Positions 11,218-24,215 are shown, counted from the whole stretch's first letter. The stretch is 63,059 nucleotides of DNA, filler included, from Circinaria calcarea (GCA_051942165.1; 51 parts of 51 records of this genome joined end to end with filler, not necessarily neighbours in it); one strand, 5' to 3'. The notes: generated by a model not told the origin, from the letters alone. Numbers and translations are program-made.

Positions 11218-12360
11218 TATACCGTTGCAGAGTTCATGTCCAATAATACCGAAAGGCCATATCCCAGTGTAGAGATCAACTCTCCACCCGGCGGAGCCAT
11301 CAACTATACAACGTTCCCTGCCAGTTAGTCATTCCCGGAAACACCTGGCGGGACAAGAGCTGATTCAAAGCATTGGTTAATCAGCTGGGGCAAACTACCA
11401 AAACTATCTGATTGGAGTTCAATCGGTGGTAATCGACGCCAAGGACCGACTGTGGATTCTTGATACCGGGAGGGCATTAAGCCCCAATGGTATGCAGGTG
11501 CCAGCGTCGTATGGAGGACCGAAGCTCATCGGGGTCAACCTTTCCAATGATACCATATTCACGACGATCGTGTTCCCCCCAAACGTTGCGTACTCGGATT
11601 CGGCAAGTGCAGTCCCTTTGCTACAATCAGAGTGGACTATCTGACCAAATGCGGCCAATCAGTATCTCAACGATATTCGCCTTGACTTACGGCCCAACAG
11701 CACTGCTTCTGGCCAAGGCGTCGCGTACATCACGGACTCAAGCAACGAAGGTCGGAATGGAATTGTGATTGTTGATATCGGCACTGGCAAATCATGGCGT
11801 CACCTCGATAATACACCTCAAGTGCGTCCTCAAAGACAAGTCGTACCATTTGTATGGGGAGAGGCGCTCTATTCAATTCCAGGGCCCGGACTCCCTGTTA
11901 CATATCTCTCCTTCGGCGCGGATGGCATTGCCCTATCTTCCGATGGAGACACATTGTTTTGGACTGCCGTTGGATCCAGATACCTCTATAGTATAGCCAC
12001 TGTGCGCTTGAGGGACACGTCCGCGCTGTCCGAGATCATGGCTCAGGCATCTATTGTTTCGCACGGGGAAAAGGGCATCTCAGATGGTCTCGAGACCGAC
12101 ACAAACGGACTCATTTACGTTGGAATTGCTGAACAAAACGCGATTGGCATCTTCAATCCCGCCAATGGGACAGTAAATACTTTTGTGCGAGATCCTCGCC
12201 TTAGCTGGACTGATACCATGTCTATCAGCACCGATGGTTATTTGTATTTTACCGAGAACCAACTGTGGCGGTCTCCAAGTTTCTATCCGGGTATAGACCG
12301 CAGAGTCCGTCCCTTTGCCTTGTTTCGCGTCAAGTTACCAAATAACGGGACCAAGGTACT
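11218..12360 (+). CDS. Major royal jelly protein/yellow family beta-propeller, partial; introns 11324-11384 and 11603-11662 (GC-AG)
   Basis: LIGVQSVVIDAKDRLWILDTG, YLNDIRLDL, AYITDSS, GADGIAL, SDGLETD, RDPRLSWTDT motifs. Confidence 0.93.
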
Positions 12361-12919
12361 NNNNNNNNNNNNNNNNNNNNNNNNNNNNNNNNNNNNNNNN
12401 NNNNTTAATTAATTAANNNNNNNNNNNNNNNNNNNNNNNNNNNNNNNNNNNNNNNNNNNNCCTTTCTCCTTCTACACCAATCATTTTTTCCACACACACG
12501 TTATCCACAAAAAGGATTTAGGATTTAAAAACTCTCGTTTTAGTGTTTGGTTCCCGAAATTCCCCTTCCCAAAAGCGAAAGCGAAAGCATAGCGTAGCAA
12601 CGGCACCAGCCCTAAGCCAAAAAAATCTCCTCAACCCAAAATAACAAGGTTTCCCCCAAAAACCCCCAGAACAGACGCGAGACCCAAGGAAATAAAAGAA
12701 ATCAATTCGTTTATCCTATCCTACTCCATCCCGTCCAATCTCCTATCCATGCTCACACCCTTTCACACGGTCATGTCGGAACCTCCAAAAAAAACCCCCC
12801 GAAGAAGAAGAAGTCCGTATGGTTAAATATCCCTTCTTCCCCTTTCCCTTTCCCTTCCCCTTCCTATCCACCCCCCTCCTCCTCATTCGGCTCATCTTCC
12901 ATCTTCGGAGTATACGAGT

Positions 12920-13603
12920 TTAATACCCAACAACCTTGACCTGGGCCAGCAAACCCGGCGGCAACTCGTCCGGGCGCACGAGACCCAAGCCCAGCACGTC
13001 GCCCCAGAAGAACATGGCGCGGTCTTGGGCGTAGCCGAGGTAGTCGAATTCTTCTGCTTCTTCTTCTTCTCCTTCTCCTTCTTCTTCTTCTTTTTTCTTC
13101 TGTTCCTCTTTCCCTACCTCGGCCTTTTCCTCGTGCTTTTCCGGGCCATCTGGGGCCAAATGGGAAGCAGGAGCAGAAGTGGAAGCGGAAGCGGAAGAAA
13201 CCAAGGAATTGAAAGTTGGATTATTCGCCGCCGCCAGTGCTTCATCCATACCCTCAACCTTGGCCTGCACGATGCCCCATGCGACCCACTGCGCTGAGTT
13301 AGCCACGCGCCAGAGCCGTGTCTCGTGCATGAGGCGCCGGATCTCCCTTTCCGCGTCTTCGTCTCTTTGGGCTTCCTCTTCGGCGTACGAGGAGGCCGCC
13401 GCGCCGGCGCCGACGCGGTTGTCGAGCATGAAGGTGGAAATGGAGGCTGCGGGGCCGGGACTGGCTGCCGAGCCGGGGGTGACTGGTTGAAAGTGCGGCC
13501 GGTGCTGGATGTAGGCTTTGAGGAAGCGGTGCTGTTCGGCGGGGGTGGGGTAGGCGGCCGTGTTGCAGACGTAGGAGGCGGTGGAGTCGTGATAGTTGTA
13601 GCA
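12920..13603 (-). CDS. Choline/ethanolamine kinase, C-terminal fragment
   Basis: CYNYH...YPTPAEQHRFLKAY, WRVANSAQWVAWGIVQA, FDYLGYAQDRAMFFWGD. Confidence 0.9.
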   Translation of the reverse strand, partial: CYNYHDSTASYVCNTAAYPTPAEQHRFLKAYIQHRPHFQPVTPGSAASPGPAASISTFMLDNRVGAGAAASSYAEEEAQRDEDAEREIRRLMHETRLWRVANSAQWVAWGIVQAKVEGMDEALAAANNPTFNSLVSSASASTSAPASHLAPDGPEKHEEKAEVGKEEQKKKEEEEGEGEEEEAEEFDYLGYAQDRAMFFWGDVLGLGLVRPDELPPGLLAQVKVVGY

Positions 13604-13704
13604 CNNNNNNNNNNNNNNNNNNNNNNNNNNNNNNNNNNNNNNNNNNNNTTAATTAATTAANNNNNNNNNNNNNNNNNNNNNNNNNNNNNNNNNNNNNNNN
13701 NNNN

Positions 13705-14232
13705 ACTGCCGATGAAGGAGCCGAAGACGACGACCTCCCAATTACGGAATTACAAGAACATGTCTGGATCCCCGGTATCAAAGAAACCCTCGCGCAAAAC
13801 ATCTTCTCCGTCCTTAATCCCCTCAAAGTCTGCTCCCCAGCTATCATCAACGAATTTGCCAAAATCGCCAACCATCTTAAACTCATCTACGTCTACCACC
13901 TTCTCGAAACCAACAAACGCCTCCGCCTCTCCCAATTCAGCGGATCCCTTCACCGAAACATCGCCTACAGTCAACCTGAGCGCGAAACCGCGTTGAGTGT
14001 GCGGAAGGATGAGAGCTATCAACAGCTAGACGAGTATTTCCCCTTTGATCCGTACCACTTGCCAAGGAGTAAGAGATGGATCGAAGGCGATTATAGGGAG
14101 TGGAAGGGGATCCCGGGATTGGATGAGGGAGGGCCAGAGGAAAGTGGAAGCGAGGATGAGGACGAGAGTGAGGAGGAGAGTGATGTTGAGGAGGAAGGTG
14201 CGGAAACGGATGATGGAAGTGTATCTTCATGA
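13705..14232 (+). CDS. RRN3: RNA polymerase I initiation factor RRN3, C-terminal fragment
   Basis: IFSVLNPLKVCSPAIINEFAKIANHL and LDEYFPFDPYHLPRSKRWIEGDYREW, then an acidic tail. Confidence 0.92.
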   Translation, partial: TADEGAEDDDLPITELQEHVWIPGIKETLAQNIFSVLNPLKVCSPAIINEFAKIANHLKLIYVYHLLETNKRLRLSQFSGSLHRNIAYSQPERETALSVRKDESYQQLDEYFPFDPYHLPRSKRWIEGDYREWKGIPGLDEGGPEESGSEDEDESEEESDVEEEGAETDDGSVSS

Positions 14233-15169
14233 AAAGTATTCGAGGGGGGTTTGCAAGGGCGGAAGTTGCATCGCTGGAAAGAAGTAAAGGGGAAAAGTCT
14301 AGAGTAGAGTACTTTGACGAGCTCGCATCGCTACGGCGTTCTTTGCCTGTAGAATGATAAGAGTAGAACAGGAAGATTTTACAATGTCAATTACGCAGTT
14401 GAGCTGGAACCTCTATCTCTCTCTCTCTCGTTACTTGTCCCACTTATGAAAGTCTCTCATAATTGGAAAATATCCATGAGCAATAAGTACATATCCGATA
14501 TCTTTTACTCTAAATATCCCAGCAAGCTCAATAACCCATTGGCTCGAGGGCAAAAAGATGGGATTGGTCTACCAACCTCAGAGGCCCTAGAAGTAGTACG
14601 AAGTCAGAACCGCCACCCCCCTCCTTCTCGCCTCCACAACTCCTACCTATCTGTAATCACCATGTCTTGTCTACCTTTCTCCATTTCTCCTATCCACTCC
14701 CCTCCCCCGCTTTTCCCTAAATAAATCTCCAGGGCATTCCATTCTATTGGCATGTAAATACCATATCATGTCATGCCATGTCATGTCATGATGCAGTAAG
14801 ATTAACTTATATTCACATTAGTTGTTTTGGAGGGAGGGAGGGGGGAGGNNNNNNNNNNNNNNNNNNNNNNNNNNNNNNNNNNNNNNNNNNNNTTAATTAA
14901 TTAANNNNNNNNNNNNNNNNNNNNNNNNNNNNNNNNNNNNNNNNNNNNCGAGGAAGGCAGCAAATGAGCTGCAAGCTTCGAAAGTCGCGAAGTTGGCCCA
15001 GACATAACGTTGGAGACTTTGAAGCACTTCCAGCTAGGTTAAGAATACAGGAAAGCTCAGGTATACATCTACACCGGCTGTCGCAGTGACCAGCAGTGTA
15101 CGATGATAGAGTCTCAATGTTCGAGAAGATGATCACAACATATGGGGTAAGATCAATTTGTGGAGCTCA

Positions 15170-15626
15170 CTTGTTCCAAAACGAACACCACTTTTTAGAA
15201 TCTCGGGCCCTCGAAAAACCACCGCGAAAATCTACGAATCTTATTATTTCTCTATACCAAAGAGGTCTTTTTTACTAAAAATTCAGCATGTATTAGATTT
15301 AGTATTAATCTACAATACCTCAAAATTCTAGCCTATTCTATATTAAGAATGGAAAGTAATTCGTGATCTTTTAACATTTTAAGCCATATTCATACGAGCT
15401 TGCGATTCAATCAGTAAAATTCTTAATTTTAATTAATCCTACCATAAATATTGGCTGAAATCTTCTGAAAATTATAGATTTACTAGAATACACTATAATC
15501 TAAAATATGTGTAAGTTAAATTAATTTATGACCAGTGGTTATGAATTAAATAAACAATTCGTTGATTTTCGCGGTGGTTTTTCGAGGGCCCGTAAATCCA
15601 AAAAATGGTGTTCGTTTTGGAACAGG
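15170..15626. mobile_element. MITE-like element with ~65-bp imperfect terminal inverted repeats and AT-rich core
   Basis: Left TGTTCCAAAACGAACACCA...GGGCCCTCGAAAAACCACCGCGAAAATC matches the reverse complement of ~15557-15624; no TSD seen. Confidence 0.85.
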
Positions 15627-17434
15627 ATTTTACATACGAGGGTAGTATGAGAACCGTTGGATGGATATACTCGTGTATGTTTGAAGAACAGATGGAAGTA
15701 TGTTACGGGCGTCCCCAAAGGTTATCATAACAAAAGTGTGTGGGTAATCGATCACTAGGATTTCGTACGGAAGATCCAGGCTGCATTAGATAGAGGATCT
15801 CATTTAGCTAGCTAAGCTCGTCGAATTTAAAGTAGGACACTGAAACCCCCCCGTTATCTGCAATCGACTTGCAGGAATCGTTGGACGTTCTCCAAGCCAG
15901 GGCAAGTATACTCGCCCTAATCGCTGAACGAACCACCATTGCAAAAGGGTGTGGTATCTAGTACCCGTACTCTGATAATTGAGCCTTGGTCTTTTCATCC
16001 ACATTCGCACTCTTCCGAGCTTCCGACAATTGCCTCCTGATTGCCTTCTTGCGTTCGTAGTACGCAGCTCCTTTGACTTTTCTCCTCTCCTNNNNNNNNN
16101 NNNNNNNNNNNNNNNNNNNNNNNNNNNNNNNNNNNTTAATTAATTAANNNNNNNNNNNNNNNNNNNNNNNNNNNNNNNNNNNNNNNNNNNNCCCCCCTCT
16201 TTTCCCCGAACACGGCCAGAATTTCCAAGGAAAAAGGGGGCCGTTTCGCCTCCCCCCAGGTGGTCCCCGTAGAATACTATCCACGTATGATGTATGGAGG
16301 CAGGTCGAGAAAAATATCTTTTTGGGGAAGTCGGCCAAGTTTTTCCTTGTCCCGCCCGGCGCTATATATTTTACTGCCGCCATTCCAGGGCCCACGCTAG
16401 ATTCCACACGGGGAAATCTCCAGACGGGGAAAACCTTTAGATGGAAATTTATTTTTTTTTAAAAAAAAGGAAGGAAAAAAGATCCCAGCAAAGTTTCCAG
16501 TCGCGCCTGCCTGCCTCCCGCCAGAGAGAGGGGGTGGGGGCCTAGAGAAACCCCTATACTTTCTCCTTTCCTTCCTCGCACAACGTCGTCGGGATGCATG
16601 TAGCAGAGGTAGAGGGAGAGGGGAGAGGAGATGATTAGCAGGAACCTACGAACAAAACAACAGACGGCTAGAAGAAGCAAGGGGGCTTTTGGCGTGAGTG
16701 GAGTGGAGGCCCCGAGGGAAAGAAAAGCGAACGTTTTGTTCTATTCTAGGTTAGGTTTAGGGTTAGGGCTTTTTACCTGTTCCCTGATGTCGAGAAGGTG
16801 ATGGGAAACGGGCGATGGGAAGGTGAGCCAAGGGTTGAAGTGAAGAGGAGAGGGGAGAGAGAGAGAAAGGTGGGAGATAAGTTTGGGATTTTTTTTATCG
16901 AGCTCATGTAGAGCGAGTATTTGCTACCCCCCTGGCTTCCCTCCCTGGCTTCCCTCCACATGCCTCAGGGGAACAGAGGGAGTTTAGATAAACAGCTAGC
17001 TTCTATCTATCTACGAGGGTATATATCCCAGAGCCATACGCACCACTCCCTGTCCCGTCCCGTCTCGTCCCGTCCCTCAAAATGGCTCGCATAATGGCCT
17101 TCCGCGGAAAGGGCTGTCTTGCGCCAGAAAAACGCCCTCGTTACCCATCCTCCGTTCCCAAAGCCCCATTCATTGCAAGAAAGCCTTCGACTTCCCTTCC
17201 CCCTCCCTCTCCCTCCTCACCGAAACGCATAGCTGGGGAAATATTTCTTCTCGGGCCGGAGGCTCAGATGCTGGTAGGGGAGACTGACGGGGTCGTAATA
17301 GAGGCCTTGGATGCAACCGTCTGAGCGGCGGAGGNNNNNNNNNNNNNNNNNNNNNNNNNNNNNNNNNNNNNNNNNNNNTTAATTAATTAANNNNNNNNNN
17401 NNNNNNNNNNNNNNNNNNNNNNNNNNNNNNNNNN

Positions 17435-18577
17435 GCGTTGCGGCAGCCGAAGGATATGCATTTGTCCCTCCGCGCGCAGGAGAATGGAGATAAGCCGGTC
17501 TTAAAGAAGCGGAAGCTTTACAGACGAAGGAATGAGAAGCTAGCCCAGGTATCCTCCGACATTACGTCGATAGCCCCACGCACGGCTCGAAACGAGATCC
17601 GCGAGGCAATTGCTACCGAGACTACAGCGAAACGGGGTAGGTATTTCGTTGCTAAAAAAGACTACTTCCTTCCACTGTTACCGGACGGCAACCATGTCAG
17701 CAGATTGGTAGAGCAGCATCAGACCAGTGACGGTTCAAATGATATATCGACTGTTCCATATGAAGCTCTTACCAAGCAGCCCATTGGGTAAGTAATCCAC
17801 ACATGTGGCCTGTATGGTCTATTCTAATCTCAGAATGCAGCGTAAAGGCAAATATGAAACCGTACCAGCTGTCTGGTTTGTCTTTCCTAGTTTACCTACA
17901 ACGTAACGGGCTCTCTGGTATCTTAGGCGACGAAATGGGCCTAGGGAAAACACTTCAGACTCTGTCACTTGTTCAATATCTTAAGGAATCTCGACGAGGC
18001 CAGAGTCAACTCTCTGGCGAGGATCGACCCTGCCTAGTCGTTTGTCCTTTAAGTGTTTTGAGTTCTTGGATGGCAGAGTCTCGAAAGTGGACGCCAGGAC
18101 TAAAGGTTTTGAGGTTCCATGGCCCGGTTCATGAGCGTAATCGCTTGAAGAGGATCGCTGCAGGCGGTGAGGATGTTTTCGGTAATTCGACTCGACACGC
18201 ATTGAAGAAGAAGAGTAAACGTGCTGTTGCTGCTGGCAGAGACGTTGTTGATCTTGACCCTGAGAGTGATCAGAAGGATTCTGCTGGCGTTGATCTAATC
18301 GTCACTACATATGAAACATTCTCAGCGGAACAGAGTTGGTTCAAGAGAGCGTTTGTCTGGAAGTACGTCGTACTCGATGAAGGCCACAAAATCAAAAACG
18401 ATCTGAGTCAAATCTCCACAGCTTTGCAAGGCTTGGGAGCCGAATACCGGTTAATCCTCACTGGAACCCCGTTGCAGAATAATCTTGTAGAGTTATGGGC
18501 TTTACTTCACTGGTACGTTTTCATCTACGTCGCTCGTAGCTGTCACTCATAGTTCATTACTAGGTTGTATCCAGAAG
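17435..18577 (+). CDS. SNF2-family chromatin-remodelling ATPase, internal fragment; intron 17788-17840 and a second from ~18513
   Basis: MKPYQLSGL, GILGDEMGLGKTLQT, LVVCPLSVL, VLDEGHKIKN, LILTGTPLQNNLVELWALLHW. Confidence 0.95.
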
Positions 18578-19569
18578 NNNNNNNNNNNNNNNNNNNNNNN
18601 NNNNNNNNNNNNNNNNNNNNNTTAATTAATTAANNNNNNNNNNNNNNNNNNNNNNNNNNNNNNNNNNNNNNNNNNNNCACCCAAACAAAACAGAACTCCA
18701 CGCCTCTCCACCAAACAGGCAAACCCGACTTAAATAAAGATAACCCTCTTATCACGCCATCACGCCATCACGACACTCCACACCCTTTCTACAGCCCTCT
18801 CACTCCTTGACGGAAAGCTACCTACTCACCAGCCGATTCCAATCCACAAAATACCGCCACGAAGATCTTCCCCCCCGTCCCCCCAGGAAGGAGAGGAAGC
18901 AAAAAGGCTCGATTCTATTACGCTGACGGAGTCCCCCCCCCTCCCCTTCACGGCACGGCACGACACGGCACTCTGCCAACCGCCGTCTACCGAATCTATA
19001 GAAATCTATAGAAATCTATAGATATATATCAAGGATATTACTTACCCTGGAGATTGGCACACATATATATATATCGACACGGTGCACGCACAGGGCCATA
19101 AAGCTCCCATTTACTTTACTTTATAAATTTTCCACACTATATTACGCATTGCACAACACCGTATACAGTTAACAACTTTATCGTTCAGCTTTGGATTTTC
19201 CCTTGCTACCACCTATCACCCCAAACGTATCTCTTCCCAATGCCAGCTTTTTTTTAAATTCTAGTAGAAAAAGCCAACCGGGGGTATATGCTTTTTTTCT
19301 TTTTCTTTACTAACACACGGGTGGAGAAGACAAGCGAAGAGAAGTGAAGAGAAGCGAAGGCGGAGAGTAGAGGATGGGATGGGATGGGATGGGATTGGAT
19401 ATGGATGCAGAACCCAATCAATCCATTCCCACCGGGGCATAGCTAGCTGGGGGGAAAATCCCGGGGTAGAAATGCATAGATAGCCGCCCAAACACGAGGT
19501 ATTTTCCAACCTTTCTCCAGATCGCAGCAAGTTTTCCATGATTTCGTATTCGTGCAGGGAACTATTTCA

Positions 19570-19819
19570 TTACATGATAATCGCAGGAACTATTCTCCAT
19601 GTCAGCTATGTTCATTCTCCCGTTACCTATCCCCTGGAAAGGGGGGAAAAAGGGGAGGGGGGAAGCTTTTAAAAACTCACCATCCACATTCTGCTTGATG
19701 CTCTTATGCGGTAGGATGCTGCCGCCGTTGACATAAATCTCATCCCCAATCGTCACGTCATCCCCCAGCACGCTGACGTTCTCCAACCGCGCCCACTTGC
19801 CAATCGTGCTGTTCCAGCC
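19570..19819 (-). CDS. PSA1: Mannose-1-phosphate guanylyltransferase, C-terminal fragment; intron 19590-19680
   Basis: [46 protein letters not shown] spliced to VPAIIM*. Confidence 0.96.
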
Positions 19820-22800
19820 NNNNNNNNNNNNNNNNNNNNNNNNNNNNNNNNNNNNNNNNNNNNTTAATTAATTAANNNNNNNNNNNNNNNNNNNNNNNNN
19901 NNNNNNNNNNNNNNNNNNNTCATCGTACATCGTCTGATTAGATTTCGCGAAAACCCGTCCCGTCCCGTTCCGTCCCGTCCCGTCCCCGTTCCCGTCGCAT
20001 AATCTGTATGGTAGTTTGACCAATAGACAAGACAGTCCTTTGTTCCCTGTTCCCTGTTCCCTGTTTTTTTTTCTGGAATAGACACGCGCCCAGAAAGGGA
20101 GGAAAGTAGGGTAGGGATAGGGAACTGGAGATGAAGATTTTTAGAGGACTTACCGTAGGGCATACCCATATGGTATGGGCCTCAAGCGAAACGAAGGCGA
20201 CGCGCGGGTTTCTCCAGAAGGTTTGGGGGGGGAAGGGGGCATGGGGAGTGTGGCAGGAACTGGTATTTGCGTTGCGAAAAGGTGGATTAAGGGGTAGCCG
20301 GGAGTATGTAAATTTCCCCTATAAACGCCCGGGAGGGACACTGATCACACCCGTTTGTCATCTTCAATCTTAGCTACGGATCGGGAATCGGAATTTAATT
20401 GGGCATGAGGATGGGCAAGGAAATGAAAGCTTTCTTGGGAAATGGAGAACTTACGGACATGCCGAATTCATATAAATAAGCCTCATCCAATTGTTAAAAT
20501 CCCAAATCCCGAAACCCAACCCCCCAATCTTGGAATTTATTTCACCGGGGCCAAGGGGCCAGGGGTACTACCTAACACCGGGTGGGATTTATTTGCTCCC
20601 CCGGGGGAGAACCCCTTGTGAAAAAGTCCCCGTTTGTATGGGGGCCCTGGACTGGGGGTTCACGCAAAATTTCCCCCCAAACCTTCCCCAGTTTTGCGAA
20701 CTTTCAATTCTACCTATCCCCTTCGAGTAGGAGTGGGGAGTCGGATTGGGAATTATGGTAAAGCTGGGAAAAGTTTCGTTTTTCGTTTTTCGTTTCGCGG
20801 ACCTATACAGTCATTTAATTCGGAAAGCCCAAGGAAAAGGAAAAAGAAAGGGGGGGAAAGGAGGCTTGGGATTCTGAACTTCTGGATCTCTGGAAGAAAA
20901 GTCATTTAGCATTTTTTGAGCTGGTGATGGTTTTTTGGCTCCCGTGGAGTCGAGCGGAGCTGAGTGGAGCTGAGCTGAGCGGATTCGTGGAAAGGAAGGG
21001 GTTTAAGCGGAGCGGAACGGTGGAAAGGAAAGGAAAGGGGGAGATGGGATTTTGGGGGCGNNNNNNNNNNNNNNNNNNNNNNNNNNNNNNNNNNNNNNNN
21101 NNNNTTAATTAATTAANNNNNNNNNNNNNNNNNNNNNNNNNNNNNNNNNNNNNNNNNNNNCCCTTTTACCCCGGCCCTCTACATCCAAAAAAAAAAAATC
21201 CCCCGGAGTCTCCAAATCTTCATATCCCCCAACCTCTGCTTTACCCCCTTACATCCAGCTTCTTTTCCATCCCCAGCTCTCAATCCTCTTCCTACCCTTC
21301 CAAAAAACCCCCAAGGCTAAGGCTGGAGAAAAGGCACATTTAGATCTAGACCGGGAAGCTAGCTGGGAACTTATACTAGAGCATTTGGAAACGGAGAGAG
21401 GTGGGGAACGGAAACGGAGAGGCAAAGCGTGGATATGGATGTAGATGCGAGATATGGATATGAGATGTGCAATGAGGGTTTCCAACGTATCATGAGAGTT
21501 TAGAATTTCGAGATTAAAGAAAAGGGGGGTTTTTTTAAAAAAAAAAACAGAAAAGGATTTCAAGGGGTAGAGTTTTAGAATTCCAGGAATTTTTTTTTCT
21601 TTTTCTTTTTCCCCCGCCGCTTCGGATACCAAATGTACCGGAGTGACGAGTGACGAGTCGCCCGCCGGGGGGAGGGTCCGACATGCACAAAACTCATTGG
21701 GGGTTCAATTGATCTAGAGTTCTTCAAAGAAAAATTCCCACGCAAAAAAGAGGAGGAAGAGGTAGAGTAGAGGATTAGAGAATGAGAAGAGAGAATTAGA
21801 GAGAAGGGGGGTTCTTTTGACCTCGCCTGTTTGCTAATTTTTCTTATTTATTTTTTAGGCTTTCCCCCTTGGGTCGTGGTTTGAAATATATGTAAACCTA
21901 ACTAACATCCCCGTATTTCATGATAGTTCTTTTTTCTCGTCTACGGGGATAATTGATTGCTTTTGGATCGTGTTCGCCCGCTCCTCTTCCCCCCCCCCCT
22001 TTCGCCTGCTCAAGTATCTATAGGGCGTGGATACAACCCCAACCCTTTCCCCTCTCCCCCGACCACGATTCCACGTGACCCCACACCTCTTGCGGGATCT
22101 GGAAGGAAAAGCAGGTCGAATGTAGAATTTCCCATGGCCTTGAATCCGAAACTCGAATTCGATTTTTCGATTTTCCGATCAAACCAGGGGGTTTTGGGTT
22201 TGGGGTTTGGATTTAACATTCGGATTTTGCATTCGGAAAAGTGGGGAGGGGATATAGGGGTGCAGGAAAGGGTAGACACGTAGAGTGGGTTGGTTTGGAG
22301 GNNNNNNNNNNNNNNNNNNNNNNNNNNNNNNNNNNNNNNNNNNNNTTAATTAATTAANNNNNNNNNNNNNNNNNNNNNNNNNNNNNNNNNNNNNNNNNNN
22401 NGGGAGGAGATGGATCGGGATGAGGGTTAGAAGGCTCGGAAAGGTGCGGGAATACAGACAATGAGCATACACACGAATCAAACGGCTGATATAGCTCAAA
22501 TGTCTCGATCAACGCGCCATGTTGTACTGTATTCCGTCAGTAGACCTCCACCCTAATCCCAAACCCCGGTATCAAACATACAAGCCACCTTAACACGAGT
22601 TTTGAAAATAGCATAATGGATACTCCAGCGGATTCTCAACTCGTAATCCCCCCGCCCCCTCCCCCCAATTCTAAACCTAACAAGCAAGAGTGTGGTACTG
22701 AAGTTTTACCTGGGACGCAACGTACATGGGCATGGGCATGTATGTAGGTAGGGGCAGCGTGCCCAAACAAGAAAGAAAAATAAAACCGGGATCGGAAAAC

Positions 22801-23240
22801 ATGGCTGGCCGTAAACGATTCTCTCTCGTATAGTTCTAGTCGTAAAATTTTAAAAAGACCCGGCGCCCTCAACTTCTAGGAGCGGATTCCTTCCCTCCGC
22901 AGAGCTGCGAAAACATAAAAATGGCGTCCCGAGACCGCAGAAAAACATCATCCTATCCAGCCAGCCAAAATCCTAGAGCCCCGATCCCAGCCCTACCCTG
23001 CCTGTTCTCCGGCACCGGAGAACAACTCGTATAGCTTTCGCTTAATATACACGCCCCAAAAACTCCTCCCTTCCCATTCCCATTCCCATTCCCATTCCCC
23101 CGCCGCGGACAATTCACCACCCAAACTTCTCAATCTCCACCCCAATGTTCACACCCTTCGCCTGCATCCTCGAGCACGTATTCCTCACATCTCGATTCAT
23201 TCCATCTGGCCCCGAGCATACCACGCCGATCTGGGGCGTA

Positions 23241-23542
23241 TTAGCATTGTGACACCGTGTTCCGTGGCCCTCGATCCAGGTGTCGATCAACTGTGGAACG
23301 TTTGGACGGCCATTTTCCGGAAGTCGGGGGAGGGATTAAGACTTCCACGCCTTTATGGGTTTGTAACTCGGCGAGTTGATCTTTGTTGATCCAGGTTATG
23401 TGGATGAGGATTGAATGACCCATATTAAAAGGATCTTCTTTTGAGAACTTGTGCTTGGCGGATTCTCTGGGTCAGGCTCACATTGGGCGTCGATAAGAGA
23501 CCAGATCAGAGGCCAGGCAACGGCGATGCCGCTTCCACCTGC
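23241..23542 (-). pseudogene. Ferric reductase-like NAD-binding domain fragment with two apparent frameshifts
   Basis: AGGSGIAVAWPLIW...KKILLIWVIQ, then HITWI...GVEVLIPPPT and GRPNV in shifted frames. Confidence 0.6.
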
Positions 23543-23642
23543 NNNNNNNNNNNNNNNNNNNNNNNNNNNNNNNNNNNNNNNNNNNNTTAATTAATTAANN
23601 NNNNNNNNNNNNNNNNNNNNNNNNNNNNNNNNNNNNNNNNNN

Positions 23643-24215
23643 CAGCTCCTGCACCCCCGCTTCACGGTCGACTGCTTCAGCCACGCCGTGGGCGACTACG
23701 TCTTGCCCATCGACCCCGCAGACTGCTACCACGCCGGCCACCTCATCCACTGCGAACCGGACGTCCGCACCCCCATCACCTTCTCCCGCGACCCGCCGGA
23801 TCACCCGACTATACCCACCACCCCGGGCCGCCCGATCCCCTACCGCGAGCCCCGTCAGCGGGTCCCCTCCAGCTGGTCCTTTGGCTCCTGCGTCATCGCC
23901 GTCGACTTGACTATGCTGTCGGCGGCGGCGGGCTCGGAGGAGAGGGTCAGTCTGACGGAGGTGAGTGCGAAGGCCATGGAGATTCTGATCGGGTGCGTGG
24001 AGCAGGGGACGAGGTTGGGGGGCCGGGGCACTGTGGGGCCGAACAGGAACCTGTTGGTCGCGGTTGCGGGGAGGCCCAGGTTCGAGCGAGAGCCGAGGCC
24101 TCCTCAGCCGCAGGTACAGGAGGCCGCCAAGGTTTGTAAAAATCAGGGCCAAGGGCAGGGTCGGCGCGGGAGTTTACGGCCAGGGTTTCTGGGGAGTAGT
24201 AATATCCGTTCGTGA
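23643..24215 (+). CDS. Small cysteine-containing protein, probably secreted, C-terminal part
   Basis: Open frame with DC...FSRDP...VPSSWSFGSCVIAVD...ILIGCV...GGRGTVG...LLVAVAG pattern; N-terminus missing. Confidence 0.6.
   Translation, partial: QLLHPRFTVDCFSHAVGDYVLPIDPADCYHAGHLIHCEPDVRTPITFSRDPPDHPTIPTTPGRPIPYREPRQRVPSSWSFGSCVIAVDLTMLSAAAGSEERVSLTEVSAKAMEILIGCVEQGTRLGGRGTVGPNRNLLVAVAGRPRFEREPRPPQPQVQEAAKVCKNQGQGQGRRGSLRPGFLGSSNIRS

Noticed and set aside
16747..16768. TTAGGG-like repeats as a telomere (also the AAAACCC run at 6478-6530)
   Set aside because: Only two or three degenerate internal copies; the heptamer run is internal and not the fungal telomere motif
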